Counted from the stretch's first letter, positions 19,365-29,651 are shown. The stretch is 64,000 nt of DNA from Armatimonadota bacterium (GCA_041690135.1 JAWLHY010000003.1:288001-352000); one strand, 5' to 3'. Notes: a model not told the origin generated them from the letters alone. Numbers and translations: made by a program.

Positions 19365-20716
19365 GCCGTAGCGAGTTTTCCGGTTCGGGTGGGAGGCGCC
19401 TCGCTCCGGCGGCGTGGGTCCTGGCGGCCGGCGTGGCGACGGTGGCCTCCGTGGGGCTAGCGCAGTCGGGGGATAGCTTCGATGAGGCGCCCATCCACTA
19501 TATCCAGGCCCAGCCCACCGACGCGATCACCCAACTCCAGAAGCGGATGGAAGCCGGTGAGGTGCGCCTGCAGAGCCACCGGATCCAGGGCTACCTGCCG
19601 GCGGTGCTGCGGGCCCTGAAGATTCCTGTTTCGTCCCAGGTACTGGTGTTCTCCAAGACCAGCGCCCGGCGCGACTACATCTCCCCGCTGGCGCCGCGGG
19701 CGATCTATTTCAACGACGATGTGTATGTCGCCTGGGTTAAAGGGGGGCCGGTGCTGGAGATCTCCACCGCGGACCCGCAGCTCGGCGGGGTGTTCTACAC
19801 ACTGGACCAGGACCGGTTCACGCCTCCGAAGTTCGTGCGGCAGAACTATGAATGTCTCTCCTGTCACAGCTCCACCCTCACCAGCGGGGTGCCGGGCCAC
19901 ACCGTGCGCTCGGTCTATCCGGGCCGCGACGGGACGCCGGTCCTCTCCGCCGGCACTTTTATCACCCGGGATGAGAGCCCGATGGACCAGCGGTGGGGTG
20001 GCTGGTACGTCACGGGAACGCACGGCCGGCAGTATCACATGGGCAACGTGACGGTGAAAGACGAGGCGCAGGCCCTGGCGCTTGACCGCTCGACCGGCGC
20101 GAACGTCACGGACCTCAAACGGTTCTTCGACACCTCCGCCTACCTCACGCCCCACAGCGACCTGGTGGCGCTGATGGTGCTGCAACACCAGACGCACGTG
20201 CACAACCTGATCACGCGCGCCAACTACGAAACCCGGAAGGCGCTCCACTATGAGCAACTCCTGAACCGGGAACTGGATCGTGGGGTGAACTATCGTTCCG
20301 ACAGCACCGTCAGCCGTATCAAGAGCGTGGCCGAGCCGCTGGTCCGCGGGCTCCTGTTCTCCGGAGAGGCGCCACTGGAGCAGCCGGTAGCGGGGACCAC
20401 CGCTTTTGCCACGGAGTTCGTCGCGCGCGGGCCGTGGGATACGCGGAAGCGCTCGCTGCGCCAGTTCGACCTTCAGAAGCGGTTGTTCCGCTACCCCTGC
20501 AGCTTCCTGGTGTACTCCGAGGCGTTCGACACTCTGCCGGCGCCGGCGAAGGAGTATGTCTACCGCCGCTTTGGAGAGATCCTGAGCGAAAAGGACCAGA
20601 CGAAGCCGTTCGCGCACCTGACCGCCGCGGACCGGTCCGCGCTGCTCCAGATCCTGCGTGACACGAAGCCGGACTTCGCCGCGTGGCTGGACCGGTACCC
20701 GCAGCCGAGCCAGTAG
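19361..20716 (+). CDS. Secreted conserved protein with a single CxxCH (planctomycete-type putative cytochrome c)
   Basis: Signal peptide, SQVLVFSKTS, PRAIYFNDDVY, CLSCH, RWGGWYVTG; ATGA overlap with the upstream gene. Confidence 0.75.
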   Translation: MSRSEFSGSGGRRLAPAAWVLAAGVATVASVGLAQSGDSFDEAPIHYIQAQPTDAITQLQKRMEAGEVRLQSHRIQGYLPAVLRALKIPVSSQVLVFSKTSARRDYISPLAPRAIYFNDDVYVAWVKGGPVLEISTADPQLGGVFYTLDQDRFTPPKFVRQNYECLSCHSSTLTSGVPGHTVRSVYPGRDGTPVLSAGTFITRDESPMDQRWGGWYVTGTHGRQYHMGNVTVKDEAQALALDRSTGANVTDLKRFFDTSAYLTPHSDLVALMVLQHQTHVHNLITRANYETRKALHYEQLLNRELDRGVNYRSDSTVSRIKSVAEPLVRGLLFSGEAPLEQPVAGTTAFATEFVARGPWDTRKRSLRQFDLQKRLFRYPCSFLVYSEAFDTLPAPAKEYVYRRFGEILSEKDQTKPFAHLTAADRSALLQILRDTKPDFAAWLDRYPQPSQ

Positions 20717-20768
20717 CCCACTCTTCCCTACATCAATCACTGATGAAGTTTGCTGCGCGTAAATACTT

Positions 20769-20791
20769 GTCTGAACAAGTATCGTTCAGAC
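20769..20791. promoter_or_regulatory. Putative operator palindrome upstream of the halogenase-like gene
   Basis: GTCTGAAC-N7-GTTCAGAC perfect inverted repeat in an AT-rich intergenic patch. Confidence 0.5.
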
Positions 20792-20886
20792 GTTTTTAGA
20801 TTGAACGGTGCGAGTGAGAACCGGTCACCAGCGAGTGGGCTTTCCGCAGCTCTCCCGGCCGCCTCCCGCTCCATTGAGGACCCCCC

Positions 20887-22179
20887 ATGAATACGAATGG
20901 AACGACCCTACCCCCGGACCCCGATGTTGTTGTGATTGGCGGCGGGCCGGCCGGCGCCACCTGTGCGACCCTGATCACCCAGAAGGGCTATCGCGTGCGC
21001 CTTTACGAGCGAGATGTCTTCCCGCGCTTTCATATCGGGGAGTCGCTGATCCCGGATACGTACTGGACCCTTCAGCGGCTGAACATGCTGGAGAAGATGA
21101 AGCGGAGCGGGTTCGTCAAGAAGTACTCCGCCCAGTTTGTCAACGAGCGGGGACAGATGTCCGCGCCCTTCTACTTCAGCGAGCACAATCCCCACGAGTG
21201 CTCGGTCACATGGCAGGTGCGGCGCAGCGAGTTCGACACGCTGATGCTGGAAAACGCGGCGGAGCAAGGGGTGGAGGTTCACCAGGGCACCCGGATCCGG
21301 GAAGTGTTTTTCCAGGGGGAACGCGCCACGGGCGTTCGCGTGCAGCACCCGGACGGTCATCTGGAGGATGTTTCGGCGCGCGTGGTGGTCGATGCGAGCG
21401 GTCAGAGCGCTTTCATCGCCAACCGGCTCAAGCTGCTGGTGAAGGACGAACACCTGCGAAAGGGAGCGGTGTGGACCTACTATCGGGGCGCCTACCGGGA
21501 CACCGGCCGGAATGCCGGCGCGACCATTGTCGCGCAGACGAAGGGGAAGAAGGGCTGGTTCTGGTATATTCCGCTCCACGACGACATCGTGAGCGTCGGG
21601 GTCGTGCGTGATTTCCTGGAACTGTTCGCCGGCAACCGCGAACACGAGGTGATCTTCAACGAGGAGTTGGAGAACTGCCTCGAGATCAAGCGCCGTGTCG
21701 AGATGGGGACCCGGTGCGAACGGTTCTACGCGACCAAGGACTACAGCTACCGCGCCACCCGCTCCGCGGGCGAGGGCTGGGTCCTGATCGGAGACGCCTA
21801 TGGATTTCTCGATCCCCTCTATTCCTCTGGAGTGCTGCTGGCGCTGAAAAGCGGTGAACTGGCGGCGGACGCCATTGTCGCCGGGCTGGCGAAAGGGGAC
21901 CTTTGCGCCGCGCAGTTGGGCGGGTGGAGCCCGGAGTTCAACCGCGGAATGGATTTCATGCGGCGGCTCGTGTGCGCCTACTACGACGGCCTGAGCTTTG
22001 GCGCCTTCCTTCGCAAGCACCCCCACTTCCGCGGGCATCTCACCGACCTGCTCATCGGCAATCTCTGGAAGCCAGGGGTGGACGAAGTGTTCGGTCCGAT
22101 GAGTGAGATGCTGGCCGAAAGGGCGTCCGACCCGGCGCTGGCCGATGCCGCTTCGCGGACCCAGGAGGCGATCCCATGA
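20887..22179 (+). CDS. FAD-dependent oxidoreductase, flavin-dependent halogenase-like
   Basis: GGGPAG Rossmann motif, FPRFHIGESL, WFWYIP (WxWxIP), GDAYGFLDPLYSSGV. Confidence 0.85.
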   Translation: MNTNGTTLPPDPDVVVIGGGPAGATCATLITQKGYRVRLYERDVFPRFHIGESLIPDTYWTLQRLNMLEKMKRSGFVKKYSAQFVNERGQMSAPFYFSEHNPHECSVTWQVRRSEFDTLMLENAAEQGVEVHQGTRIREVFFQGERATGVRVQHPDGHLEDVSARVVVDASGQSAFIANRLKLLVKDEHLRKGAVWTYYRGAYRDTGRNAGATIVAQTKGKKGWFWYIPLHDDIVSVGVVRDFLELFAGNREHEVIFNEELENCLEIKRRVEMGTRCERFYATKDYSYRATRSAGEGWVLIGDAYGFLDPLYSSGVLLALKSGELAADAIVAGLAKGDLCAAQLGGWSPEFNRGMDFMRRLVCAYYDGLSFGAFLRKHPHFRGHLTDLLIGNLWKPGVDEVFGPMSEMLAERASDPALADAASRTQEAIP

Positions 22180-23507
22180 GCGAAGCGCATCAAACCGAAG
22201 CTTTCTTGCTGACGATCATCGTGCAGTTGGGGGTGATCATCGCCGTGGCCCGCCTGGCGGGGAACCTGGCGCGGCGGCTCGGTCATCCCATGGTGGTGGG
22301 GGAGATCCTCGCGGGACTGGTGCTCGGTCCGTCGTTCCTGGGCCGGCTGTTTCCGGAACTCAGCGCCGCGCTCTTCCCCAATTCCACGGCGCAGGTCATC
22401 AACATCATCAGCCAATTGGGCCTCATCCTGCTGATGTTCGTCATCGGCCTGGAGTTCGACTTCGGCCACGTGCGCGCCCACGGCAAGACGGCCGCTCTGG
22501 TGGCGGTAAGCGGCATCGCGCTGCCGTTTGTGCTGGGGCTCGGGATCGGCCAGTGGATGCAGCCACACTTTCCCCAGATCCATCCGGTGGGCTTTTCGCT
22601 CTTCCTCGCGACCGCCCTATCGATCACCGCCATTCCCGTCCTGGGACGGGTGATGGTGGAGTTCAACATTCAACGGACGGAGATCGGGGTACTCACCATC
22701 ACCGCGGCCGCCATTGATGACGCGCTGGGCTGGATCCTGCTGGCCGTGGTCTCCGCCGTGGTCGGCGCCCACTTCGATCTCCTGGCTACCGGGCGCATGG
22801 TGCTCCTCACGCTGGTGTTCGGGCTGGTGATGGGGATGGTGGTACGACCCCTGCTCATCCGTTGGATCCAAAGAGCGGTGGATCCCCGGAGTGGGCAGCT
22901 CAGTCTCAATGCCCTGGCCGGAACCTTTGTCGTCATGTTCGGCTGCGCCGCGATCACGAACCTGATCGGGATCTTCTCGATCTTCGGGGCCTTCATTCTG
23001 GGCGCCGTCCTCTACGACCAGGAGCAGTTCCGCGAGGCGGTATTCCAGCGTCTCAAGGACTTCGTGACCGCCTTCTTCCTGCCGATCTTCTTCACCTATA
23101 CCGGATTACACACCGATATGGGGTCGCTGGGTACGGGGGTGATGTGGCTGTTCCTGGCGGCGGTGCTGGCCGCTTCCCTGGTGGGCAAACTGGTGGGCTG
23201 CGGTGTCGCGGCGCGTTGGAGTGGGTTCCCGCCGCGCCAGGCGGCCTGCGTCGGCGTCATGATGAACGCCCGCGCGTTGATGGGGCTCATCGCCGCGAAC
23301 GTCGGTCTGCAGATGAATGCCGTACCGCCGCAGGTGTACTGCATGCTGGTGCTGATGTGCGTGGTCAGCACCGTTCTGCTGTCTCCCGCGCTGCGCCGCC
23401 TGATGGTCGGAACGGAGTTGGAAGCGCCGTTCCGCGAATCGGAGTTCGTCCGGGAGGCCATGCGGGTGCGACGCTCGGTGCCGGCATTGGAGCAGGCGGG
23501 GCAGTGA
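22176..23507 (+). CDS. Cation:proton antiporter (CPA2 family)
   Basis: VVGEILAGLVLGPS, SITAIPVLGR, AAAIDD, FFLPIFF, MNARALM; about 12 TM segments; ATGA overlap. Confidence 0.88.
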   Translation: MSEAHQTEAFLLTIIVQLGVIIAVARLAGNLARRLGHPMVVGEILAGLVLGPSFLGRLFPELSAALFPNSTAQVINIISQLGLILLMFVIGLEFDFGHVRAHGKTAALVAVSGIALPFVLGLGIGQWMQPHFPQIHPVGFSLFLATALSITAIPVLGRVMVEFNIQRTEIGVLTITAAAIDDALGWILLAVVSAVVGAHFDLLATGRMVLLTLVFGLVMGMVVRPLLIRWIQRAVDPRSGQLSLNALAGTFVVMFGCAAITNLIGIFSIFGAFILGAVLYDQEQFREAVFQRLKDFVTAFFLPIFFTYTGLHTDMGSLGTGVMWLFLAAVLAASLVGKLVGCGVAARWSGFPPRQAACVGVMMNARALMGLIAANVGLQMNAVPPQVYCMLVLMCVVSTVLLSPALRRLMVGTELEAPFRESEFVREAMRVRRSVPALEQAGQ

Positions 23508-23668
23508 GTCGCTGAAGCCGTAGGCGCCGGCCGATGGGGAAGACCGGCACGATCCTGGTGCGGGAGTTGTCAGGCAAGTTAATGACCCACTAAGAGCCGG
23601 TCCTCCACCTTTGGACCGGCTCTTTGATACGCTCATAGGGCGGGATCAGCGGCGCGGGGAGGCGCCCT

Positions 23669-25489
23669 ATGAGCGGTCTGGAGCAGAGCATGGAGAGGCG
23701 AGGAGAGCTGGTGACCGAAACACAGCCGGCGGGCGAACTGGCGGAGCGCGTGCGGCTGATTCTCGACCGCCTGACGGGGCCGGGCTTTCCGGCGTACTCT
23801 CCCGAATTCGTACTGGCGGACGTGCGCCTGGACCTGGACTATCCGCGCCTGTACGACAGCTTCAGTGGGGATATCTCCGGACGGTACGTGGAAGCCCTCG
23901 CCCTGATGGGCGAAGAGAGCCTGGCCAGATTGGAGCCCCTGGTTCCCGAACTGCTGCGTTGCCAGCGGGAAGACGGTCGCTTTGGGGACGCCCGCCTGTC
24001 GTTCGCGGCGGCTGACATCGAGAAGCCGCAGATGGCGCTGCTCTGGGGCAATGGACGTCTGCTGGTGGGCCTCCTCGCTTACCACCAGGTCACCGGTGAC
24101 CCCGCCGTACTGGAGTCCGCCCGGCGCCTGGGCGATTTCCTCGTCCGGGTGCGGAACGAGTGCTCCGAGACCTCCGTGGCGCGGCGGGTGCATGGGCTCG
24201 GCGCCCACGGGTTGATCTGTTTCACCCAACTCATCGAGGGGCTGGTTCTGCTGGGCCGCGCCACCGGCGACACGACCTATTTCCAGGCCGCTCGCGAGAT
24301 CGTGCCGCTGCTCCCCCCGCCCGGCATTCAGCACACGCACGGCTATCTCTCCACGCTGCGGGGAATGCTCCTCTTGCACGAAGCCACCGGCGATCCGACC
24401 CTCCTGGCCGAAGCCGAGCGGAAGTACCAGGAGCTGGTCGCCTCGCCGGACTACGTGGTTTTCGGCGGGGTGCTGGAGTTCTTCGGCGCGGAAACCCACG
24501 GCCTCTCCCCGGCCGACCTCGACAAGCTGTTTGCCCTGGACAACAAGCCACCCCAGGACGAGGGTTGCTCGGAAGCGGACTTCGTGCGTCTCAGCCTGCA
24601 ACTCTGGCGGGCTACGGGCTGCGCGGGGTACCTGGAGCGGGCGGAGCGCTGCCTGCTCAACCAGTTCTATGCCAACCAGTTCCGGAGCGGCGATTTCGGG
24701 CATCGGGTGGTGTATCACCGGGGCTTCCGGCCCAGCGATAATCCCGGAAAGGCCTGGTGGTGCTGCAATATGCACGGGCTGCGGACTTTCCCGGACGTCG
24801 CGGAGGCCATCGTCACGGGTGACGGCGATACGGTTTGGATCAACCTCTTCCTGGACTGCACGCAAGTGGGGGAGTCGCTTTCCCTGTCCATCCAACAGGC
24901 CACGGAATGGGACGGCGTGCGGATCGGGGTCCGCGGCAGCTCCACCGGTCCGGTCACGCTGGCGGTCCGGCAGCCTTCCTGGGTCACCTCCATGCAGCTT
25001 CGGGTCAATGGCGAGGAGGTCGAGGGGAAGCTGCACGAGGGCTACCTCTCCGTCCGCCGGGACTGGACCGAAGGGGATCGGCTCGACGTGGAGTACACCT
25101 ACCGGGCCTGCCTGCGCCGGCGTAACGGGGAGTACCTGGAACCGGGAGAGCTGGGCTCCGATCCGGTGGAAGCCGCGCTGTTCTACGGCCCCTGGCTAAT
25201 GGGCGTCCACGAGGCGGATGAACCGGCTTTCCTGGAGCGGCCCTGGACCTGGGGCGTGCCGAATGAGAACCTGGTCTCCCTGCCCGCCGACCTGGAGACG
25301 GCCCGGATCCCGGTGCCGGCCACCGAGGGCGGGTTGCTCCAGCCGCGCGTGGCCATCCGGCTACCCTACCGCCACGGCGGATGGCCCGGGGAGGCGGAGG
25401 TCACCCTCCGGCCCATCTCGCGCCAGACGGCCGTATCGCACCAGCAGGTCCTGGCGGTATGGATTACTTACCGCAGGACCGAATCCTAG
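23669..25489 (+). CDS. GH127-like beta-L-arabinofuranosidase domain protein
   Basis: DEGCSE, YLERAERCLLNQF, WWCC, LAVRQPSW, WTEGD, ALFYGPWL. Confidence 0.75.
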   Translation: MSGLEQSMERRGELVTETQPAGELAERVRLILDRLTGPGFPAYSPEFVLADVRLDLDYPRLYDSFSGDISGRYVEALALMGEESLARLEPLVPELLRCQREDGRFGDARLSFAAADIEKPQMALLWGNGRLLVGLLAYHQVTGDPAVLESARRLGDFLVRVRNECSETSVARRVHGLGAHGLICFTQLIEGLVLLGRATGDTTYFQAAREIVPLLPPPGIQHTHGYLSTLRGMLLLHEATGDPTLLAEAERKYQELVASPDYVVFGGVLEFFGAETHGLSPADLDKLFALDNKPPQDEGCSEADFVRLSLQLWRATGCAGYLERAERCLLNQFYANQFRSGDFGHRVVYHRGFRPSDNPGKAWWCCNMHGLRTFPDVAEAIVTGDGDTVWINLFLDCTQVGESLSLSIQQATEWDGVRIGVRGSSTGPVTLAVRQPSWVTSMQLRVNGEEVEGKLHEGYLSVRRDWTEGDRLDVEYTYRACLRRRNGEYLEPGELGSDPVEAALFYGPWLMGVHEADEPAFLERPWTWGVPNENLVSLPADLETARIPVPATEGGLLQPRVAIRLPYRHGGWPGEAEVTLRPISRQTAVSHQQVLAVWITYRRTES

Positions 25490-25824
25490 GTGAAGCCAAG
25501 CCCGCGTCCAGCCTGCACCGCGCACCATCGTCGCGAATCGCGGTCGGGCTGGGACCACCGATCTTAATCCCGTTCTGCACTACGAACTGCCGTCACGTCC
25601 GCCTACCGGTTGCACTTCCCGGTTATCCGAGGCGTGGTAACCGCCATGCTTACCCACAAGCGCCATGTGCGTGGGTAGGGTCGGCCCGCCGCCGCCGACC
25701 AGGACATTGCCTCCGCACCTATCCCGCACCAACGACCGCCCCCTCGAATCTCCACCGGATCGGGCGCGTTGGTTCCAATCCCGTCGCGCATCACCGAACC
25801 CATCACCCCGCTAACCAATGCGCC

Positions 25825-26796
25825 TTAAACCCCCAGGGCCTTCTTCGCTTCCTCCAACTTCTTCTCGCACTCTCGCTTGTAACCCTCGACCTCGGCCTTC
25901 GCGACCGCCTTTTCGAGTTGTTCGATCGCCAACCGGTAATCACCGGTTGCGAGGAAGACTTCCCCCAGGTGGCGGTGCCAGAAGTGCGCCAGTAAATTCG
26001 TCCGCATCTCCGCCGGGCCGGCAACCGCCGTGCGGGCGAGGTTGAGCGCCTTCTCCTTATCCTGGGCCTTGAGCCATGCGACCGCGGCTTCCTTATAGTG
26101 GAAGGGGCGGAGGTGCTCGCTGGCGGCGGCCAACTCCTCCCAGAGTGCGGCGGCCTCCCGGTGCCGGTTACACCGGTCGTACTGCCGCGCCATTTCCGAA
26201 AGAACCCCGCTGGGGACGTTCATCCGGTACTCCCTGCGGAGAAGCTCCAGGAGCGTGTCGGTGAGCTCACCCCCGCGCTGCGGCTGCTTGAGCGCATCCG
26301 CATAGAGACCGCTGAGGATGATCAGCGCCGTCCGGTCGGCGGGCTGGTTCTTCAGAGCCATCTCGTAGCGGGGTGTCACCTCGGCCGCCTTCTTCTTCTG
26401 GGCGAGGTACGTCAGGAGCGACCGCCGCGCGGAGAGCAACTCGGCGGGCGCCTTCGCTTCACGGATCAGGAGGTCGGCCGTGCGAACCATCGGCTCCACG
26501 TCTTCCAGGGTCGCGTAGGGAACCAGCAGCGCCTGGAGGACCTGGGTCTTCAGGGGTGCGGCGGGCTTCAGGGTCAGCGCCTGCTCCAACGCGGCCTGGC
26601 CCTCCTTCATGTTCTTGCTGCGGACGAACGCCTGCCCCACCCGGTACGCCTCCTGTGCGGAGGCAAAGGTCCGGGCGGGCGGAACAGCCTCCGCCTGCAG
26701 CGCCGCCGCCGGGGTGACGGGGACCGTCCACAGGCACAGGGCCGCAGCCACGATGACCTTTCCTCGGCTTCGCGTCTCCCAACCTATCTGCCGCAT
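25825..26796 (-). CDS. Secreted TPR-like helical protein
   Basis: Signal-peptide-like N-terminus; helical repeats (HLGEVFLATGDYRLAIEQLEKAV). Confidence 0.7.
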   Translation of the reverse strand: MRQIGWETRSRGKVIVAAALCLWTVPVTPAAALQAEAVPPARTFASAQEAYRVGQAFVRSKNMKEGQAALEQALTLKPAAPLKTQVLQALLVPYATLEDVEPMVRTADLLIREAKAPAELLSARRSLLTYLAQKKKAAEVTPRYEMALKNQPADRTALIILSGLYADALKQPQRGGELTDTLLELLRREYRMNVPSGVLSEMARQYDRCNRHREAAALWEELAAASEHLRPFHYKEAAVAWLKAQDKEKALNLARTAVAGPAEMRTNLLAHFWHRHLGEVFLATGDYRLAIEQLEKAVAKAEVEGYKRECEKKLEEAKKALGV

Positions 26797-26913
26797 GCCT
26801 TCCTCCTTGAAGCACAACCGACACAGCGTTTTCCCAACAACTCCGACGCGCACACCGGCGGAGAGGTTACAGGGAGACTTGCTCAATGTACACACCACCG
26901 CCATAATGGCTAA

Positions 26914-27642
26914 ATGCGGTTACTGCTGACGAATGACGATGGTATTGAGGCGGCGGGGCTCCGGGCTCTGGAGCAGGCGTGCGGGGGATTGGGCGAACGG
27001 GTGACGGTGGCTCCCACCGGGTGCCGCTCCTACGTGGGGCATCAGGTAACGGTCGGGCGCGCGATGGCCGTGACCCGGTACAGTCCATCCCGGTTCGCGG
27101 TGGACGGCACCCCGGCCGACTGCGTCCGGCTCGCGCTCACGCACCTGGCGCCAAAGGTGGACCTGGTAGTCTCCGGCATCAACCACGGGGCGAACCTGGG
27201 GGTGGATCTCTACACTTCCGGCACCGCGGCCGCGGCTCGCGAGGCCGCCTTCTTCGGTCTCCCGGCCGTCGCCGTCTCCCATTACCAGGAAAAGGGCCTG
27301 GAGTTCGACTGGGACTGGGCCGCGCGTCAGGTGGCTCGGGTCCTGCCGGATCTGCTCCGTCGCGGCTGCCCGGAGCATCACTTTTGGAGCATCAACCTGC
27401 CCCACTCCGCCCAGCCGCCGGAGGAAGCGGAGCTCTGCTTTGTGCCGATCGACCCCAGTCCCCACGACATCCGCTACCAGTTCCACGAAGGTCGGGGCTT
27501 CCTCTACGCCGGCGTGTTCCAGGCACGCGGCCAGCGGGAGGGCCATGACGTGGCTGCCTGTTTTGGCGGCAAGATAACCGCCTCCCTGGTTTCCACCTGT
27601 GGATCCGCCCCGGTCCACGATCTGGAGCTTGAATCCCGGTGA
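26914..27642 (+). CDS. surE: 5'/3'-nucleotidase SurE
   Basis: LLTNDDGI, GTPADCV, SGINHGANLG, SGTAAAAREA. Confidence 0.95.
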   Translation: MRLLLTNDDGIEAAGLRALEQACGGLGERVTVAPTGCRSYVGHQVTVGRAMAVTRYSPSRFAVDGTPADCVRLALTHLAPKVDLVVSGINHGANLGVDLYTSGTAAAAREAAFFGLPAVAVSHYQEKGLEFDWDWAARQVARVLPDLLRRGCPEHHFWSINLPHSAQPPEEAELCFVPIDPSPHDIRYQFHEGRGFLYAGVFQARGQREGHDVAACFGGKITASLVSTCGSAPVHDLELESR

Positions 27643-27704
27643 GGGGTAACATGGCAAATGTGTGGGCGACAGGAAACAGAACAGTTGGCGCCCTCGGCGT
27701 AGTT

Positions 27705-28110
27705 CTCGGCTGGGCGAGTGAACTCGCGGCTACACATAGCAAAGCCGACCTCCGTCGGCTAGGAACCCTGAAAACCCAGGCATTTCTCGGGTTGGCAATC
27801 CTCTGGATTGTGACGGATGCGCTTGCGTCAGTTACCGCCTATGCGCACGGAGCCGACGGAGGCGGGCGCCCTTTGGGCAGTGGCCCTTTGTAGCCGCGGC
27901 TTGAGCCGCTTGGAGTACCGCAGGCGCCGATGGACAGTCGCCGTTTGTAGCCGCGGCTTGAGTACACCCGGCGAAGTACACCCGGCGAAGCATAGGGCAT
28001 AGGGCCGCTTGGAGTACCGCAGGCACCGGTGGGTACTGAACCAACCCTGCATGGAGCCAGCCGGGCCTCCGGGTGAGCGAGTGAACTTACGGCTAAAGGC
28101 AAGTTCTGCG
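27705..28110. repeat. REP/REPIN-like intergenic repeat cluster
   Basis: TTTGTAGCCGCGGCTTGAG x2, GCCGCTTGGAGTACCGCAGGC x2, AGTACACCCGGCGA x2, GCGAGTGAACT x2, and inverted partners such as AGCCGACCTCCGTCGGCT / AGCCGACGGAGG. Confidence 0.75.
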
Positions 28111-28244
28111 CTCCCACAGGGCGTGGGCGGACGGTGCCACACCCTACAGCGGTCTCCGAATTTGGGACCTTGGACCCAAAGCAGAATCCGGAAACGGCGG
28201 CATACTAACCAGGAGCCCTCACGATCAGACCGGAGATCTCGGAA

Positions 28245-29651
28245 ATGCCTGCTTCCCCAGCACCGCACACGGCACCCGCCGACCCGGGAGCAAAAGCTAC
28301 CGGGTGCCGGCTTCCTCCGTTGGTGCGAACGAAGCTCCCCGGTGGGCACCTCGTCGCTTTCCGCCGGGACCCGCTCGGGTTTCTGAGCCGGCTGGCCGCC
28401 GAGCACGGGGATGCCGTCCGTTTCCGGCTCGGACCGCGCAGGATCTGTCTGATCAACGACCCCGAGTGGATCCGCGAAGTGCTCATCGTCCAGGACCGCC
28501 GGTTTTCCAAGGGGCCGGGGCTGCGGGTGGCCGAGCGGCTCCTTGGCCAGGGTCTACTTACCAGCGAAGGCGACTTCCACCGGCGGCAGCGGCGCCTGGC
28601 GCAGCCGGCCTTCCACCGCCAGCGGATCGCCGCCTACGCCGAAACAATGACCGGCTACTCCTGGCAGTGGCAGGAGAGGTGGTCCGACGGCGCCGCGCTG
28701 GACCTCGCCGAGGAGATGCGCGGCCTCACCCTCCGCATCGCCGCGAAGACGCTGTTCGATACCGAGGTGGCGAACGAGATTCGGGATCTCTCCGGGGCGC
28801 TCGACGAATCGCTGCGGCTGTTCCAGTGGGCCAACCTGCCCTTCGCCGCCCGCCTGGAGCCCCTCGTGCCGTTCCTCACCCGCCGTTTCAACCGGGCGCG
28901 GGGTCGCCTTGATACAACAGTCTACCGGATGATCCGCGAGCGCCGGGCCAGCGGGGAAGACCGCGGCGACCTGCTCTCCATGCTGATCCTCGCCCGCGAT
29001 GAGGACGAGGATGGCGGGACCATGTCCGACGAGCAGGTGCGCGACGAGGCGATGACGCTGCTGCTGGCCGGCCATGAGACCACCGCCAATGCCCTGGCGT
29101 GGACATGGTACCTGCTGGCGCAGCACCCGGAGGTGGAAGCGCGCCTCCACGCGGAGGTGGATGCCGTGCTGGCGGGGCGGGCTCCCACCGTCGAGGATGT
29201 CCCCTCACTCCCTTACACGCGGAGGGTGTTCGCCGAAGCGATGCGCTGCTACCCGCCGGCCTGGATCATCGCCCGCCAGGCCCTGGAAGACTGTCCGATC
29301 GGCCCCTACACTCTGCCCGCCGGGACCCTCGTGATGATGAGCCAGTGGGTCACCCACCACGACCCCCGCTATTACCCAGAGCCGTTCCGCTTCGATCCGG
29401 AGCGCTGGTCGCCCGAGAGGGCCGCCGAGCGACCCCGCTTCGCCTACTACCCCTTCGGTGGGGGCTCACGCCTCTGTATCGGCGAGCAGTTCGCCTGGAT
29501 GGAAGGCGTGTTGGTCGTCGCCGCACTCGCTGCCCGGTGGGAGTTCCGATTGTTACCCGGCCAGCGGATCGTTCCACAGCCACTCATCACCCTCCGGCCC
29601 CGGAATGGGGTGCAGGCGGTTGCCCTGCGGCGGCGAAGTGCAGCCACCTGA
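28245..29651 (+). CDS. Cytochrome P450
   Basis: AGHETT I-helix, EAMR (ExxR), PERW, PFGGGSRLCIG heme-thiolate motif. Confidence 0.96.
   Translation: MPASPAPHTAPADPGAKATGCRLPPLVRTKLPGGHLVAFRRDPLGFLSRLAAEHGDAVRFRLGPRRICLINDPEWIREVLIVQDRRFSKGPGLRVAERLLGQGLLTSEGDFHRRQRRLAQPAFHRQRIAAYAETMTGYSWQWQERWSDGAALDLAEEMRGLTLRIAAKTLFDTEVANEIRDLSGALDESLRLFQWANLPFAARLEPLVPFLTRRFNRARGRLDTTVYRMIRERRASGEDRGDLLSMLILARDEDEDGGTMSDEQVRDEAMTLLLAGHETTANALAWTWYLLAQHPEVEARLHAEVDAVLAGRAPTVEDVPSLPYTRRVFAEAMRCYPPAWIIARQALEDCPIGPYTLPAGTLVMMSQWVTHHDPRYYPEPFRFDPERWSPERAAERPRFAYYPFGGGSRLCIGEQFAWMEGVLVVAALAARWEFRLLPGQRIVPQPLITLRPRNGVQAVALRRRSAAT

Noticed and set aside
27885-28030. Possible CRISPR array
   Set aside because: Only two copies per repeat, irregular spacing, no unique spacers of constant length and no cas genes; fits REP-type repeats
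20887-29651. A single biosynthetic gene cluster spanning halogenase to P450
   Set aside because: Interrupted by unrelated genes (GH127, TPR, surE) with no core synthase or precursor peptide seen
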